DNA of 64,000 nucleotides. Source: a virus. The notes under the pieces are model-generated. The model had not been told where the DNA came from. It was given only the letters and a program-made list of their open reading frames with translations, and did no database searches. Below, piece after piece: positions 29,858 through 39,018 of this stretch; within the stretch, counting starts at the first letter, position 1, and every line of letters begins with the position of its first letter. Position numbers and translations under genes: made by a program. The DNA lies in IMG/VR virus record IMGVR_UViG_3300020165_002937. The stretch is one strand, 5' to 3'.

Positions 29858-31882
29858 ATGCCACCTACCAGTAACAAAAACAACCCAGCCAACAGACAAT
29901 CAGAGTTATTCAAAAGATTAACTAGGTTGTTCTCTGGCCCCATCATTAATTACCGCTCGCAGACCGGTCGGAAAATTAGAAGACAACACCTCGATAAATT
30001 TTCTGCTAGATTCAAGTCCGCCTCGGGCCAGCAATTTAAAAAGACCCTTTATAATCCATTAGACACAATTGCAACAAATGCAATCCAAAGTCAACGTAGA
30101 AACGAAAGATATGTCGATTTCGATCAAATGGAGTACATGCCGGAAATAGCTTCGGCCATGGACATCTATGCAGACGAGATGACAACCTTCTCAAGCCTTA
30201 GTCCGATGTTGAAGATTAAATGCGCAAACGAAGAGATACGAGCCGTGCTAGATATACTGTTTGACAACATTTTAAACTTACAGTATAACTTATTTGGCTG
30301 GGCGCGAACTATGTGCAAGTATGGGGACTTTTTCCTTTACCTCGACATTGACGAAAAGTTTGGTGTCAAATCTGTAATAGCACTTCCTCCACCAGAAATT
30401 GAGCGTTTAGAAGGCCAAGATTCCACCAACCCAAATTATGTACAATATCAGTGGAATTCTGCTGCCATGACTTTTGAAAATTGGCAGATAGCACACTTTA
30501 GAATATTAGGGCATGACAAATATGCGCCATATGGAACTTCGATTTTAGAGCCTGCCCGCCGCATTTGGCGCCAACTTACGTTGGCTGAAGATGCAATGAT
30601 GGCTTATCGAGTTGTGCGGTCTTCTGAGAGGCGCGTTTTCAAAATCGATGTTGGCGCCATACCACCCCAAGATGTTGAACAATATATGGAAAAAATTGTA
30701 ACCCAACTTAAGCGACATTCAGTTATTAACAAAGATACCGGTCGAGTTGACTTACGCTATAATCCAATGAGCATCGAGGAAGATTACTTTATTCCCGTAC
30801 GCCCGGGCTCTGTGACCGATATCCAAAACCTTGCCGGCGGCACTAACACTACCCAAATTGATGATGTCAAATATCTTCGAGATAAATTGTTTTCCGCTCT
30901 CAAGATTCCCCAGTCGTATTTAACAATGGGTGAAGGTGGGGAAGAAGATAAGACAACACTTGCACAAAAAGATATTAGGTTCGCACGCACCATCCAAAGA
31001 CTGCAGCGAGTGTTGGTTTCTGAGTTAACTAAGATCGGAATCATTCATTTGTATACTCTTGGATTCCGCGGCGATGATTTACTGAGTTTTAATTTGGCGC
31101 TCAATAACCCTTCCAAGATTGCTGAGCTTCAAGAACTTGAGCATTGGAAACAGAAATTTGATATTGCTGGCTCAGCGACGGAAGGATACTTTTCACGACG
31201 TTGGGTCGCAGATCATGTTTTTGGTATGTCAACCGAAGAGTTTGCAAGAAACCAGCGAGAAATGTATTACGACAGAAAACATGACGCATCACTCCAGGCA
31301 GTTGCAGAAGCTACCGCGATGGGCCCAGGCGGCGCCGACATGGGCTTAGGCTCCGACATGCCTCCCGCCGGCGGTGGAGGTCCAATGGAAATTACGCCCG
31401 GTGAGGCAGACACAGCGCTTCCCGATAATAGCGCCTCCGCGCCTGACGCAGCCGGCGCGCCTGCTGATTCGGGCAGTGACTCCGCACTGGTCGCTGTCCC
31501 TCCTGGAAACAGAGACTTTCGCCGTAAGAATAAGGCCCAAAGAACTCCCAATGATAAAGGGAAAGAATATTTTCCAAAGCGTGATGGTTCTAATTACAAT
31601 AACAAAGGCCGCCGGAAGGTATCCCTCAGTAGAGCTGCAGGAACCCATGATCCGAGAAAAACAGTGCCGGGTCTTAGTGACATAATGTCGCTAGTAAAAA
31701 CCACCGGCTATGCTAACGGTATAACTACGGAAAGTGATTATAACGAAGTTCCTTCTATTTATAATTTGAGGGAACGCACAGAAGAAGATAAACTTTTTGA
31801 AGTCAACCACTCAGTCAGAGATTTAATTTTGGAACTGGAAACCAAGACAAGCACAATAACGGAGCAAAAAAATGAAGACTAA
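29858..31882 (+). CDS. portal protein (T4 gp20-like)
   Basis: EDAMMAYRVVRSSERRVFKIDVG, EDYFIP, LFSALKIP and DIRFARTIQRLQ motifs; follows the terminase. Confidence 0.93.
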   Translation: MPPTSNKNNPANRQSELFKRLTRLFSGPIINYRSQTGRKIRRQHLDKFSARFKSASGQQFKKTLYNPLDTIATNAIQSQRRNERYVDFDQMEYMPEIASAMDIYADEMTTFSSLSPMLKIKCANEEIRAVLDILFDNILNLQYNLFGWARTMCKYGDFFLYLDIDEKFGVKSVIALPPPEIERLEGQDSTNPNYVQYQWNSAAMTFENWQIAHFRILGHDKYAPYGTSILEPARRIWRQLTLAEDAMMAYRVVRSSERRVFKIDVGAIPPQDVEQYMEKIVTQLKRHSVINKDTGRVDLRYNPMSIEEDYFIPVRPGSVTDIQNLAGGTNTTQIDDVKYLRDKLFSALKIPQSYLTMGEGGEEDKTTLAQKDIRFARTIQRLQRVLVSELTKIGIIHLYTLGFRGDDLLSFNLALNNPSKIAELQELEHWKQKFDIAGSATEGYFSRRWVADHVFGMSTEEFARNQREMYYDRKHDASLQAVAEATAMGPGGADMGLGSDMPPAGGGGPMEITPGEADTALPDNSASAPDAAGAPADSGSDSALVAVPPGNRDFRRKNKAQRTPNDKGKEYFPKRDGSNYNNKGRRKVSLSRAAGTHDPRKTVPGLSDIMSLVKTTGYANGITTESDYNEVPSIYNLRERTEEDKLFEVNHSVRDLILELETKTSTITEQKNED

Positions 31883-32711
31883 ACACAATAAAAAACGCAA
31901 CACCGCGTTTGTTTATGAAGCATTAATTAAAGAAGCTACTGTTGCTATATTAAAAAATGAAACCGATAAGCATACAAAAGTAGTAGATTTAATTAAAAAG
32001 TATTTTAACGGAGATTCTATTCTAAGAAAAGATTTAGATTGCTATCGGTCGTTATACGAAAACCAAAACCTTAGCCCAGAAACTTGCGCAAGGATTATTA
32101 CAGAATCAAAGTTCAGAAGAAAGATGATCACACCCGATCATCTTTTTAAGAAACAAAGTGAAATGATATCTGATATCAACAAGGAAGTGGACACAGAGGT
32201 CTTCAACAATTTTGTTCCAAATTATAAAAATTTAGCTACGATAGATCAAATTTTTTCTGGTCACTTAAGTCCGAAAAGACAAGTAATGCTTGAAGCTCAA
32301 TTGATTGATTCAATGAGCGCAAAACAAGTTGATGCAGGCAACCCAGATCAAAAGACTATAGACGAATCTACCTTTAAGATCTTTTTGAATAAATTTAATG
32401 ATAAATATGATAGCACCCTGCTCAATGAGCAGAAAGAATTGTTAGGGTTTTATATTTCATCCTTTTCTGATAATGCATTAGAACTAAAAGTGTTTCTAAA
32501 TGAAGAAATTACCAGGCTTAAAACTGAAATATCCAAAGCAATTACCGACAAAGCGCCAACCATCGATGCCAACATGACTGACAAAGCCGAAAGAATACTA
32601 AACAAGTTAGAAGAATTCAAGCTTTGTCAATTAGAGGACAGTACCCTTATTACTATAATGAAAACTCAAAAACTTGTGAAGGAGCTTAACGAAGATGTCA
32701 ATAAAGATTAG
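31872..32711 (+). CDS. hypothetical helical protein (possible prohead core component)
   Basis: 279 aa, between portal and protease, overlapping the portal stop. Confidence 0.6.
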   Translation: MKTKHNKKRNTAFVYEALIKEATVAILKNETDKHTKVVDLIKKYFNGDSILRKDLDCYRSLYENQNLSPETCARIITESKFRRKMITPDHLFKKQSEMISDINKEVDTEVFNNFVPNYKNLATIDQIFSGHLSPKRQVMLEAQLIDSMSAKQVDAGNPDQKTIDESTFKIFLNKFNDKYDSTLLNEQKELLGFYISSFSDNALELKVFLNEEITRLKTEISKAITDKAPTIDANMTDKAERILNKLEEFKLCQLEDSTLITIMKTQKLVKELNEDVNKD

Positions 32712-33234
32712 TATTGGTTCAAAATCCAAGCCACAAGAAGTTGTGTTGGAACTCGACATCAGAAAGAGCTTAAGTGGGGATTTCATGATCTTTGATCATG
32801 GGGACATCGACATTATTGTCTCACCAGAAAAAAATAAAGTTATAGCTTTTCCAAAAATTACCTTAAATGACTTGGTATATGGAGCGCAAAATAGACTCTT
32901 TGAGAGACTCAAAAACAAAGGCATCGTTGTGCCGGAAAGTATTCAAGGGGGTTCTTTTTTCGGAGCCTTCGAGGCAACCCTAGAAACGTCTACGGACGAA
33001 GCTGCTCTACCTTCAAAGATGGCTCTCCTAAATATCTCTAAATTTATTGACGAAGAGCGACCATACTTTGAATCTCTTGAGGCTATTGTGGCAATGGATG
33101 ATAGTGCGTTAGCTAACCCCGACAACACACATTCTACAGAGCTTGGCGAAGTACCACAGAGCACCAAGAAAGGTTCGATACAGCCCGGGTACATCCGAGA
33201 CACTTACTCATCTAACTACATGTATACGATATAG
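32695..33234 (+). CDS. hypothetical protein
   Basis: 179 aa; SD AAGGAG; overlaps the upstream gene. Confidence 0.65.
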   Translation: MSIKISIGSKSKPQEVVLELDIRKSLSGDFMIFDHGDIDIIVSPEKNKVIAFPKITLNDLVYGAQNRLFERLKNKGIVVPESIQGGSFFGAFEATLETSTDEAALPSKMALLNISKFIDEERPYFESLEAIVAMDDSALANPDNTHSTELGEVPQSTKKGSIQPGYIRDTYSSNYMYTI

Positions 33235-33241
33235 GCAAAAA

Positions 33242-33568
33242 ATGGACTTAATAACTTTTATATTATGCGCTTACGGGCTCACTCAAATACTAGTATATAG
33301 CGACATGCCGATGCTAAACAGGCTACGACCCTCAAAAGAAGCAGCAGGCGGATATGGCAAGGTTTTTCACTGCCCCATGTGCATGGGTTTTCATGTTGGC
33401 TGGCTTTTGATGTTACTTTCTCCATTTACAGAACTATTTAATTTTGACGTTTCCGTGTTAAATTTCTTCCTTCTTGGGTGGCTGTCGTCGGGAACATCGT
33501 ACGTATTAAACATAATCTTCGGCGACGAAGGAATAAATTTTCAAAAAACAGAGGTAAACAAATTATGA
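33242..33568 (+). CDS. DUF1360-like small membrane protein
   Basis: Start MDLITFILCAYGLT; FHCPMCMGFHVG CxxC motif flanked by TM segments. Confidence 0.6.
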   Translation: MDLITFILCAYGLTQILVYSDMPMLNRLRPSKEAAGGYGKVFHCPMCMGFHVGWLLMLLSPFTELFNFDVSVLNFFLLGWLSSGTSYVLNIIFGDEGINFQKTEVNKL

Positions 33569-33912
33569 TTATAACAAAATCCGAACTTAGAAAAATATTG
33601 AACGAAGAGATCGCTACGGCTTTAAAAGAAGCGCCAGAACCACCGCCCGAAAACAAGGTACCACAAACTGTAACCGTAACGCTCGAAAGAATGCAGGCTA
33701 TGCTTATGACCCAAATACAACAACTTGATGACTATAGCGAATTAGTTCCTTTTCTTGAGGGAGTACTCACCATGATCGAGAACGCAAACGAGAAAGATTT
33801 TACACAGTCTGAAAAAATCAGAACTTATCTTGATTTTGCTAATAGGTTCCGCAATCGTTCTAAGGATGTCCAACGGCAGGGCTCTCAAACCTCTGAGGTG
33901 CCTACAAAATGA
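33565..33912 (+). CDS. hypothetical protein with MIITKSELRKILNEE leader
   Basis: ATGA overlap, SD GAGGT at 33551; leader family motif. Confidence 0.7.
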   Translation: MIITKSELRKILNEEIATALKEAPEPPPENKVPQTVTVTLERMQAMLMTQIQQLDDYSELVPFLEGVLTMIENANEKDFTQSEKIRTYLDFANRFRNRSKDVQRQGSQTSEVPTK

Positions 33913-33977
33913 ATATCGATATATGGATCACCAAATGGATGTTGCAACCAGTACGCCACTGTTGTAAGGGAAGTTAG
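33909..33977 (+). CDS. 22-aa micro-ORF MNIDIWITKWMLQPVRHCCKGS
   Basis: SD GAGGTG 8 nt upstream; ATGA overlap with the upstream stop; TAG ends 2 nt before the protease ATG. Confidence 0.5.
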   Translation: MNIDIWITKWMLQPVRHCCKGS

Positions 33978-33979
33978 CT

Positions 33980-34606
33980 ATGGGTCAGAAACTTTTAAGA
34001 GAATATTACGAGCTATGTGAAGGCGGAGTATGCCAAGATCTGCTAACGGAAGCCGAGAAGAAGTTTGTTGCTGAAGGTGGCATGATCTTGACTGGCAAAC
34101 TTCAAGAAGGTGGCGTCGTAAACGGCAACCGTAGAATGTACCCGCCTGAAGTTATCATACGAGAAGTAAACAGCTATAAGAAATTAGTTTCAGAACACCG
34201 AGCACTGGGCGAACTGGACCACCCCGAAAACAATGTTGTTTCTTTGGAGAGAGTGTCCCACCGAGTCACTGAGATTTGGATGGATGGCAATGTGGCTATG
34301 GGCAAGGTTCAAGTAATGAATACCCCAGCTGGCAAAATTTTGCAAGAATTAGTTATTGGTGGCTGTAAAATGGGAATTTCATCCCGCGGCATGGGTTCAG
34401 TAAGAGAAGAAAAAGATGTCACCATTGTTGAAGATGACTTTCAACTCATATGTTTTGATTTTGTGTCTGAACCATCGACACCTAATGCATTTATGATGCA
34501 AGAATCCAAAAACTTTCAAAACAAAATAATGACGAAAGAAGATAAGATTAACCGTCTGATGAATGATATCTTAATTGATGAACTGGTGAACGATGAAAAA
34601 AAATGA
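33980..34606 (+). CDS. prohead protease (T4 gp21-like)
   Basis: NGNRRMY, ALGELDHP (His), GISSRGMGS (Ser) and DFVSEPS motifs. Confidence 0.93.
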   Translation: MGQKLLREYYELCEGGVCQDLLTEAEKKFVAEGGMILTGKLQEGGVVNGNRRMYPPEVIIREVNSYKKLVSEHRALGELDHPENNVVSLERVSHRVTEIWMDGNVAMGKVQVMNTPAGKILQELVIGGCKMGISSRGMGSVREEKDVTIVEDDFQLICFDFVSEPSTPNAFMMQESKNFQNKIMTKEDKINRLMNDILIDELVNDEKK

Positions 34607-35015
34607 TTTAAAGAAGATTATAAAGCCACTAGTGAAAGAGTGCATCAATGAAATATTGATAGAAGAAGGGCTGCTTTCTAGTGTGGTAAGTGAAGTTGCC
34701 GCTGGCTTAAGTGCCGCCTCAGTGTTATCCGAGAGCACACCGGCCCCAACACCAGTTGTGAGAAAAGAGTCCCGCGTGGCTACAGCCAAAAACACTAAAA
34801 AACAAATAAATGAGTACCGACGCCAACTTATGGATTCGATTGGTTCGGATGCGTATAACGGCGTTGACTTGTTTGAAGGCACAGCTCCGATGAACAGCTA
34901 CGAAGCGGCATCTCCCAAAGCAGGTTCAGTTGACTTAGGCGACCCGGCTGATTCGGGTGTAAACATAAGTTCTTTGGTCGGTGACGCATCTAAGATCTGG
35001 CGAGCGATGAAATAG
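34593..35015 (+). CDS. hypothetical protein with leader-like N-terminus (MKKNDLKKIIKPLVKE)
   Basis: 140 aa, overlapping the protease gene end. Confidence 0.65.
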   Translation: MKKNDLKKIIKPLVKECINEILIEEGLLSSVVSEVAAGLSAASVLSESTPAPTPVVRKESRVATAKNTKKQINEYRRQLMDSIGSDAYNGVDLFEGTAPMNSYEAASPKAGSVDLGDPADSGVNISSLVGDASKIWRAMK

Positions 35016-35019
35016 AAAA

Positions 35020-35271
35020 ATGGCTAAAAGTAGAAAAAAAGCTAACGTAATCGTCAAGTCAAAGGAATGCCGAGGCAATCACGACAAGATGATAAGAAAG
35101 TTTATCAAGAAAACAAAAAAAGAAAAGATTGTCGAAGAGATTAAAGACCGCAAAAGATACAAAAAGCCTTCAGAAGCGAAGAAACAAAAGCGCCTTAAGG
35201 CAGAAAGACTTCGTAAGAGAGAAGAGCGAAAAAGAATAAGAGCACAAGAAAGACGCAATAGAAAAAAATAG
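35020..35271 (+). CDS. rpsU: ribosomal protein bS21 homologue
   Basis: 83 aa and highly basic; DKMIRKFIKKTKKEKIVEEIKDRKRYKKPSEAKK matches the bS21 pattern (F..K..K..I..E...R..Y.KPS). Confidence 0.8.
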   Translation: MAKSRKKANVIVKSKECRGNHDKMIRKFIKKTKKEKIVEEIKDRKRYKKPSEAKKQKRLKAERLRKREERKRIRAQERRNRKK

Positions 35272-35273
35272 AG

Positions 35274-35281
35274 ACTATTTA
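35274..35281 (+). promoter_or_regulatory. putative late promoter motif (ACTATTTA)
   Basis: Exact intergenic motif upstream of 35314. Confidence 0.65.
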
Positions 35282-35313
35282 TATTGTATTAACGTAAAAT
35301 TAGGAGATTTTTA

Positions 35314-35757
35314 ATGGCTAATAGTTGGAACATGATACCGGGCATCAACCATGTCGGTGCGTATCAAGTCAGTGGCGCACCATTCGCCGAGGCAAATATC
35401 GATGCAAGCTCAGCTACGCAGGTGGTGGAGTTTCCTTATGTCACTCAGTGGCTCGAAGTATATAACTACGATAACGAAAATGATTGCAAAGTTGGATTTT
35501 CACACCTTGGGGTTGGTAATTTGCCGTACAAAAACACAGCAACAGATAATATAGCTCACACTGGAAAGAATTATTTTTCGGTCCCAGCGTCAGGCTCCAG
35601 CGGTCCCGGAGTTGCACGCATACAAGTTAAAGTGTCTCATCTTTATCTTGCTGGTTCAGATGACATGCATGTTGTAGCCGGCCTCACGAACATTCTTCCT
35701 CGCAGCGCTAGCGGTAGTTTGGGTCACAGTTGGTCAGGTTCGCTAGGGGTAGGATAA
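35314..35757 (+). CDS. hypothetical (probable virion) beta-rich protein
   Basis: 147 aa; SD AGGAG; follows a late motif. Confidence 0.6.
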   Translation: MANSWNMIPGINHVGAYQVSGAPFAEANIDASSATQVVEFPYVTQWLEVYNYDNENDCKVGFSHLGVGNLPYKNTATDNIAHTGKNYFSVPASGSSGPGVARIQVKVSHLYLAGSDDMHVVAGLTNILPRSASGSLGHSWSGSLGVG

Positions 35758-35758
35758 T

Positions 35759-36466
35759 ATGGCACAGTTCGGCTGGGCATATGTAAACTGTTCAGATCAG
35801 GGAGGCTCGGGTTCTGGCTCCGCCGGCCCGGCACACTCGATCCAGTTCGTTACAGAATCAGGTGGCGCCACCACTGGCTCCGCTTATTTGACATATTATA
35901 CCGGTTCTACATCCGGAGGCACGCCCGGCCGCTCTGGTCACACCTTATACTTAACCGGCACGCTCATCGTTACTGGCGCCATCTCAGCGAGCAGCTATCA
36001 TATAGCAAACATCACCCAGATTGGCACTACAGGTTCGACCTTCTTCGGTAACACAAACGACGATGTCCATATTCGGACCGGTAGCTTGGCAGTCTCAAAG
36101 GTTGGTTTTGGTACCGGCAGCTACATCTTAAGCGCATCGGCTCATGACGAGTCCGTTCGCGTACGCGGATTTGGCGGCAATTACACCCAAGTTAACGCAA
36201 CTCCGTACGTTATTCAATCGGCGGATTATATTATAGGGATAGTAAAAGCAAACAATCCAACGATGTCACTACCTCCGCCCTCCGGTTCAAACACCGGCCG
36301 CCTATTAGTGATCAAAGATGAAATGCCCAGCCGCGGCACCGGTAGTATTCACATTAAACTGTCATCAGGCGCCGCAAAAATTGACAATAGTACTTCATAT
36401 GTGATGACTGGCTCGCTACCAGCAATTAACCTTTATTCTAATGGAAGCAATTGGTTTGTCTTCTAA
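35759..36466 (+). CDS. fibre/decoration-like protein (paralogue family 1/5)
   Basis: G/S/T-rich; C-terminal domain LP...G....IKD...ID....W-F-V-F shared with the next four genes. Confidence 0.6.
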   Translation: MAQFGWAYVNCSDQGGSGSGSAGPAHSIQFVTESGGATTGSAYLTYYTGSTSGGTPGRSGHTLYLTGTLIVTGAISASSYHIANITQIGTTGSTFFGNTNDDVHIRTGSLAVSKVGFGTGSYILSASAHDESVRVRGFGGNYTQVNATPYVIQSADYIIGIVKANNPTMSLPPPSGSNTGRLLVIKDEMPSRGTGSIHIKLSSGAAKIDNSTSYVMTGSLPAINLYSNGSNWFVF

Positions 36467-36490
36467 TTAAAGTAAAGGAGCAAGCACTGC

Positions 36491-37135
36491 ATGGCTTATA
36501 ACATTCTATCCGGCTCAGTTTTGGCCGCTCAAGTTTACCAGCCCGGCGGCCACGTAATTGGCAATATTGTATCTGGCAACTTAAGTACCTCCGATGGTGC
36601 TTCTATTATAAATGTTCCACGTTTGTCAAACGCAACCAACAATTCACTCATAACCAATGTTGGAGGAAACGCAAACACGATAACGTGTGAATCAAATTTA
36701 CTATTTGATGGAGATACTCTTAGTATAACGGGGGATCTAACTGCGAGTATCGGCATCAAAGCTAGCTTTTTCGAAGGAGATGGTAGCCGACTAACCGGTA
36801 TTACCGGATCCGGCGGCGGGGGAGGAGGCCCACTTGATGTTGAACAATATGGCTCAGCCCCTCTTGGCACGACTATATCTTCGTCGGCTGATTTTGCACT
36901 CATCAAATCAGGCTCGACAACAGGAATAGGTGGTGCGATATACACGCTGCCAGCTTCTTCAGCCGGCAAGGTATTACATGTTAAATTATCTGCATCAGTA
37001 TCTAATGTTTCTGTAGTAGCTGCAGCGGGAGATCGGATCGAAGGCGGGGCCCTTACCAACTCTATTTATCTAGAATCAACTGGCTCTGCAGTCACCCTGA
37101 TCGCTTATAACACTAGCGATTGGTGGATCTTGTGA
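36491..37135 (+). CDS. fibre/decoration-like protein (2/5)
   Basis: Starts MAYN; the C-terminal ~100 aa are closely similar to those of 37346..38920. Confidence 0.6.
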   Translation: MAYNILSGSVLAAQVYQPGGHVIGNIVSGNLSTSDGASIINVPRLSNATNNSLITNVGGNANTITCESNLLFDGDTLSITGDLTASIGIKASFFEGDGSRLTGITGSGGGGGGPLDVEQYGSAPLGTTISSSADFALIKSGSTTGIGGAIYTLPASSAGKVLHVKLSASVSNVSVVAAAGDRIEGGALTNSIYLESTGSAVTLIAYNTSDWWIL

Positions 37136-37239
37136 CGTTGGACTTGTATCAAAAATAATAAGATTTAGTGCTGATATGACAAGTAACGCCAGTATTAGCT
37201 TACACCAATAATATAAACGACAAAAGCAGCGACTAAGTG

Positions 37240-37247
37240 ACTATTTA
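37240..37247 (+). promoter_or_regulatory. putative late promoter motif (ACTATTTA)
   Basis: Exact intergenic motif upstream of the hairpin and gene 37346. Confidence 0.6.
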
Positions 37248-37252
37248 AGAGT

Positions 37253-37310
37253 GGGCAAACGTTAAATTTACAACATTGACTTGTGAGTCAGTGTTGTTTA
37301 ATATTTGTCT
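37253..37310 (+). other. long 5'-UTR stem-loop
   Basis: GGGCAAAC-GTTAAATTT-ACAACATTGACT-TGTG-AGTCAGTGTTGT-TTAATATTTGTCT; imperfect inverted repeat with G-U pairs. Confidence 0.6.
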
Positions 37311-37345
37311 AAGTTAAAAAACTTAAATATGGAGGGTTTTTATAA

Positions 37346-38920
37346 ATGGCTTATAAATTTCAAATCGGTCAAGCAGCACTATCAGGTGCCCTTGAACAAG
37401 CCGGCGAGATCACATTCCTTAACGGAAAAGGTCCGGATGGCACAACAATCACTAGGTTGAAAAACTTGGTTGTCTTGGAAGACGGTAACGTCGACGTCCC
37501 ACGACACAACGGCACTATCGGGCTTATGCTCGGAGGCGACGTAGTTACATCGACTGCAGCCGAGCTTAACCTGCTCGACACCGCGGCCGCTGGTACAGTT
37601 GTCAACAGCAAAGCTGTAATCTACAGCAATGCTGGTATTATTCAAGCTACCGACTTCAAGGGTCCAGATGGATTCGATATCGGTAACGCCACCAATGCAG
37701 ATGCATTGAACTTCGCAGCTGCGGAAATCACTGTCAAAGATGGTGTTGATTTCTCGGTTGCTACAGTCGGTGGCTTCAACTACGGCGGTGCTGCGGTTAC
37801 TTCAACTGCTGCAGAGCTTAACTTGCTCGATACTGCAGTAGCTGGCACAGTTGTCAATAGCAAGGCTGTTATTTACAGCGCTGGCGGTATTGTTCAAGGT
37901 ACTGGCTTCAAGGGTGCTGACGACGCTGAAGTTGGTAACGCAACTAACGCTGACTTGCTGGTGCTTGGTGCGGCTAACGTTACTGTGAAAGCGAACAGTG
38001 ATTTAACTGTCGCTAAAGCTGGTGGCCTTAACCTTGCTGACGGCGCAGTTACTTCAACTGCTGCTGAACTCAACTTGCTCGACGGCTCATCTGCCGCTAC
38101 AGTTGTTAACAGCAAAGGTGTAATCTACGGCGCTGCAGGTCAGGTTAACGGAACATCATTGTCTGCTTCTACTGGTATTACTGGTAGTTCAATTGTAATC
38201 GGTCTCGCTGGTACTACAGGTGCTACAATCACCAACACTGGAGTCCTTTTAGGTACCCAACACTTGGCAGTTGGGCCCACCGCAAAAGTATCCAGCTCGG
38301 CAGGTATCACAGGTAGTTCTCTTCAGATCGCTGCCTTTGGTGTAACAAACACTGGCTACGTCAGTATCCCTAAACTCGCAATTGAGTTAGATGCTGATGG
38401 TGAAAACATTATCGGTATTGGTGATCTTGGTGTTGATGGTGCAGCTAACTTTAACGGTGCTGTTACTCTTGGTAACGCTACTGGTGATGATATCACTGCA
38501 ACCGGCCGCTTTGCTTCGAGTCTTATTCCAAAACAAGATTCGACCAGTGACTTGGGTAGTGATACTCTTCGTTGGAGAAAAATCTACGCTGATGAAATCG
38601 TTGGTGCAGATACGACTTTGGATGTTGGACACTATGGTGCGTCCCCGTACGTAACTACCATTTCTAGTTCAACAGACTTTGCTCTTATCAAGTCTGGCTC
38701 TACAACCGGTCTTGGTGGTGCGGTCTACACACTTCCATCGGCTACTCAAGGTAAAGTTCTTCATGTCAAGCTTTCGGGCTCACAAGCGAACGTTAACCTT
38801 AAAGCTGCTGCAAACGACTGCATTGAGGACGGCGTTGCCGCAGGTTCAATTTTCCTTGAATCAACCGGTTCTGCTGTTACCTTGGTTGCTATGAATAACG
38901 AGCACTGGTACATCATCTAA
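37346..38920 (+). CDS. fibre-like protein with internal repeats (3/5)
   Basis: Three VTSTAAELNLLD...TVVNSK repeats; SD GGAGG; codon usage like the major capsid gene; own terminator. Confidence 0.7.
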   Translation: MAYKFQIGQAALSGALEQAGEITFLNGKGPDGTTITRLKNLVVLEDGNVDVPRHNGTIGLMLGGDVVTSTAAELNLLDTAAAGTVVNSKAVIYSNAGIIQATDFKGPDGFDIGNATNADALNFAAAEITVKDGVDFSVATVGGFNYGGAAVTSTAAELNLLDTAVAGTVVNSKAVIYSAGGIVQGTGFKGADDAEVGNATNADLLVLGAANVTVKANSDLTVAKAGGLNLADGAVTSTAAELNLLDGSSAATVVNSKGVIYGAAGQVNGTSLSASTGITGSSIVIGLAGTTGATITNTGVLLGTQHLAVGPTAKVSSSAGITGSSLQIAAFGVTNTGYVSIPKLAIELDADGENIIGIGDLGVDGAANFNGAVTLGNATGDDITATGRFASSLIPKQDSTSDLGSDTLRWRKIYADEIVGADTTLDVGHYGASPYVTTISSSTDFALIKSGSTTGLGGAVYTLPSATQGKVLHVKLSGSQANVNLKAAANDCIEDGVAAGSIFLESTGSAVTLVAMNNEHWYII

Positions 38921-38961
38921 TCAATCTTGTTTTGTTTCGACAAAACAACTTGTTTATTCTT

Positions 38962-38996
38962 GGATGCCTCTCTTTACGGGGGGCATCCTCTTTTTT
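38962..38996 (+). terminator. intrinsic terminator
   Basis: GGATGCCTCTC-TTTA-CGGGGGGCATCC followed by TCTTTTTT; an additional UUCG hairpin lies at 38927-38948. Confidence 0.8.
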
Positions 38997-39018
38997 GTGG
39001 ATGTTAAATAAAAGCCAA

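Noticed and set aside
36835-38920. Diversity-generating retroelement (TR/VR) between the similar C-termini of 36491 and 37346
   Set aside because: Differences are mostly synonymous and not adenine-specific, both copies are coding, and there is no reverse transcriptase in the window.
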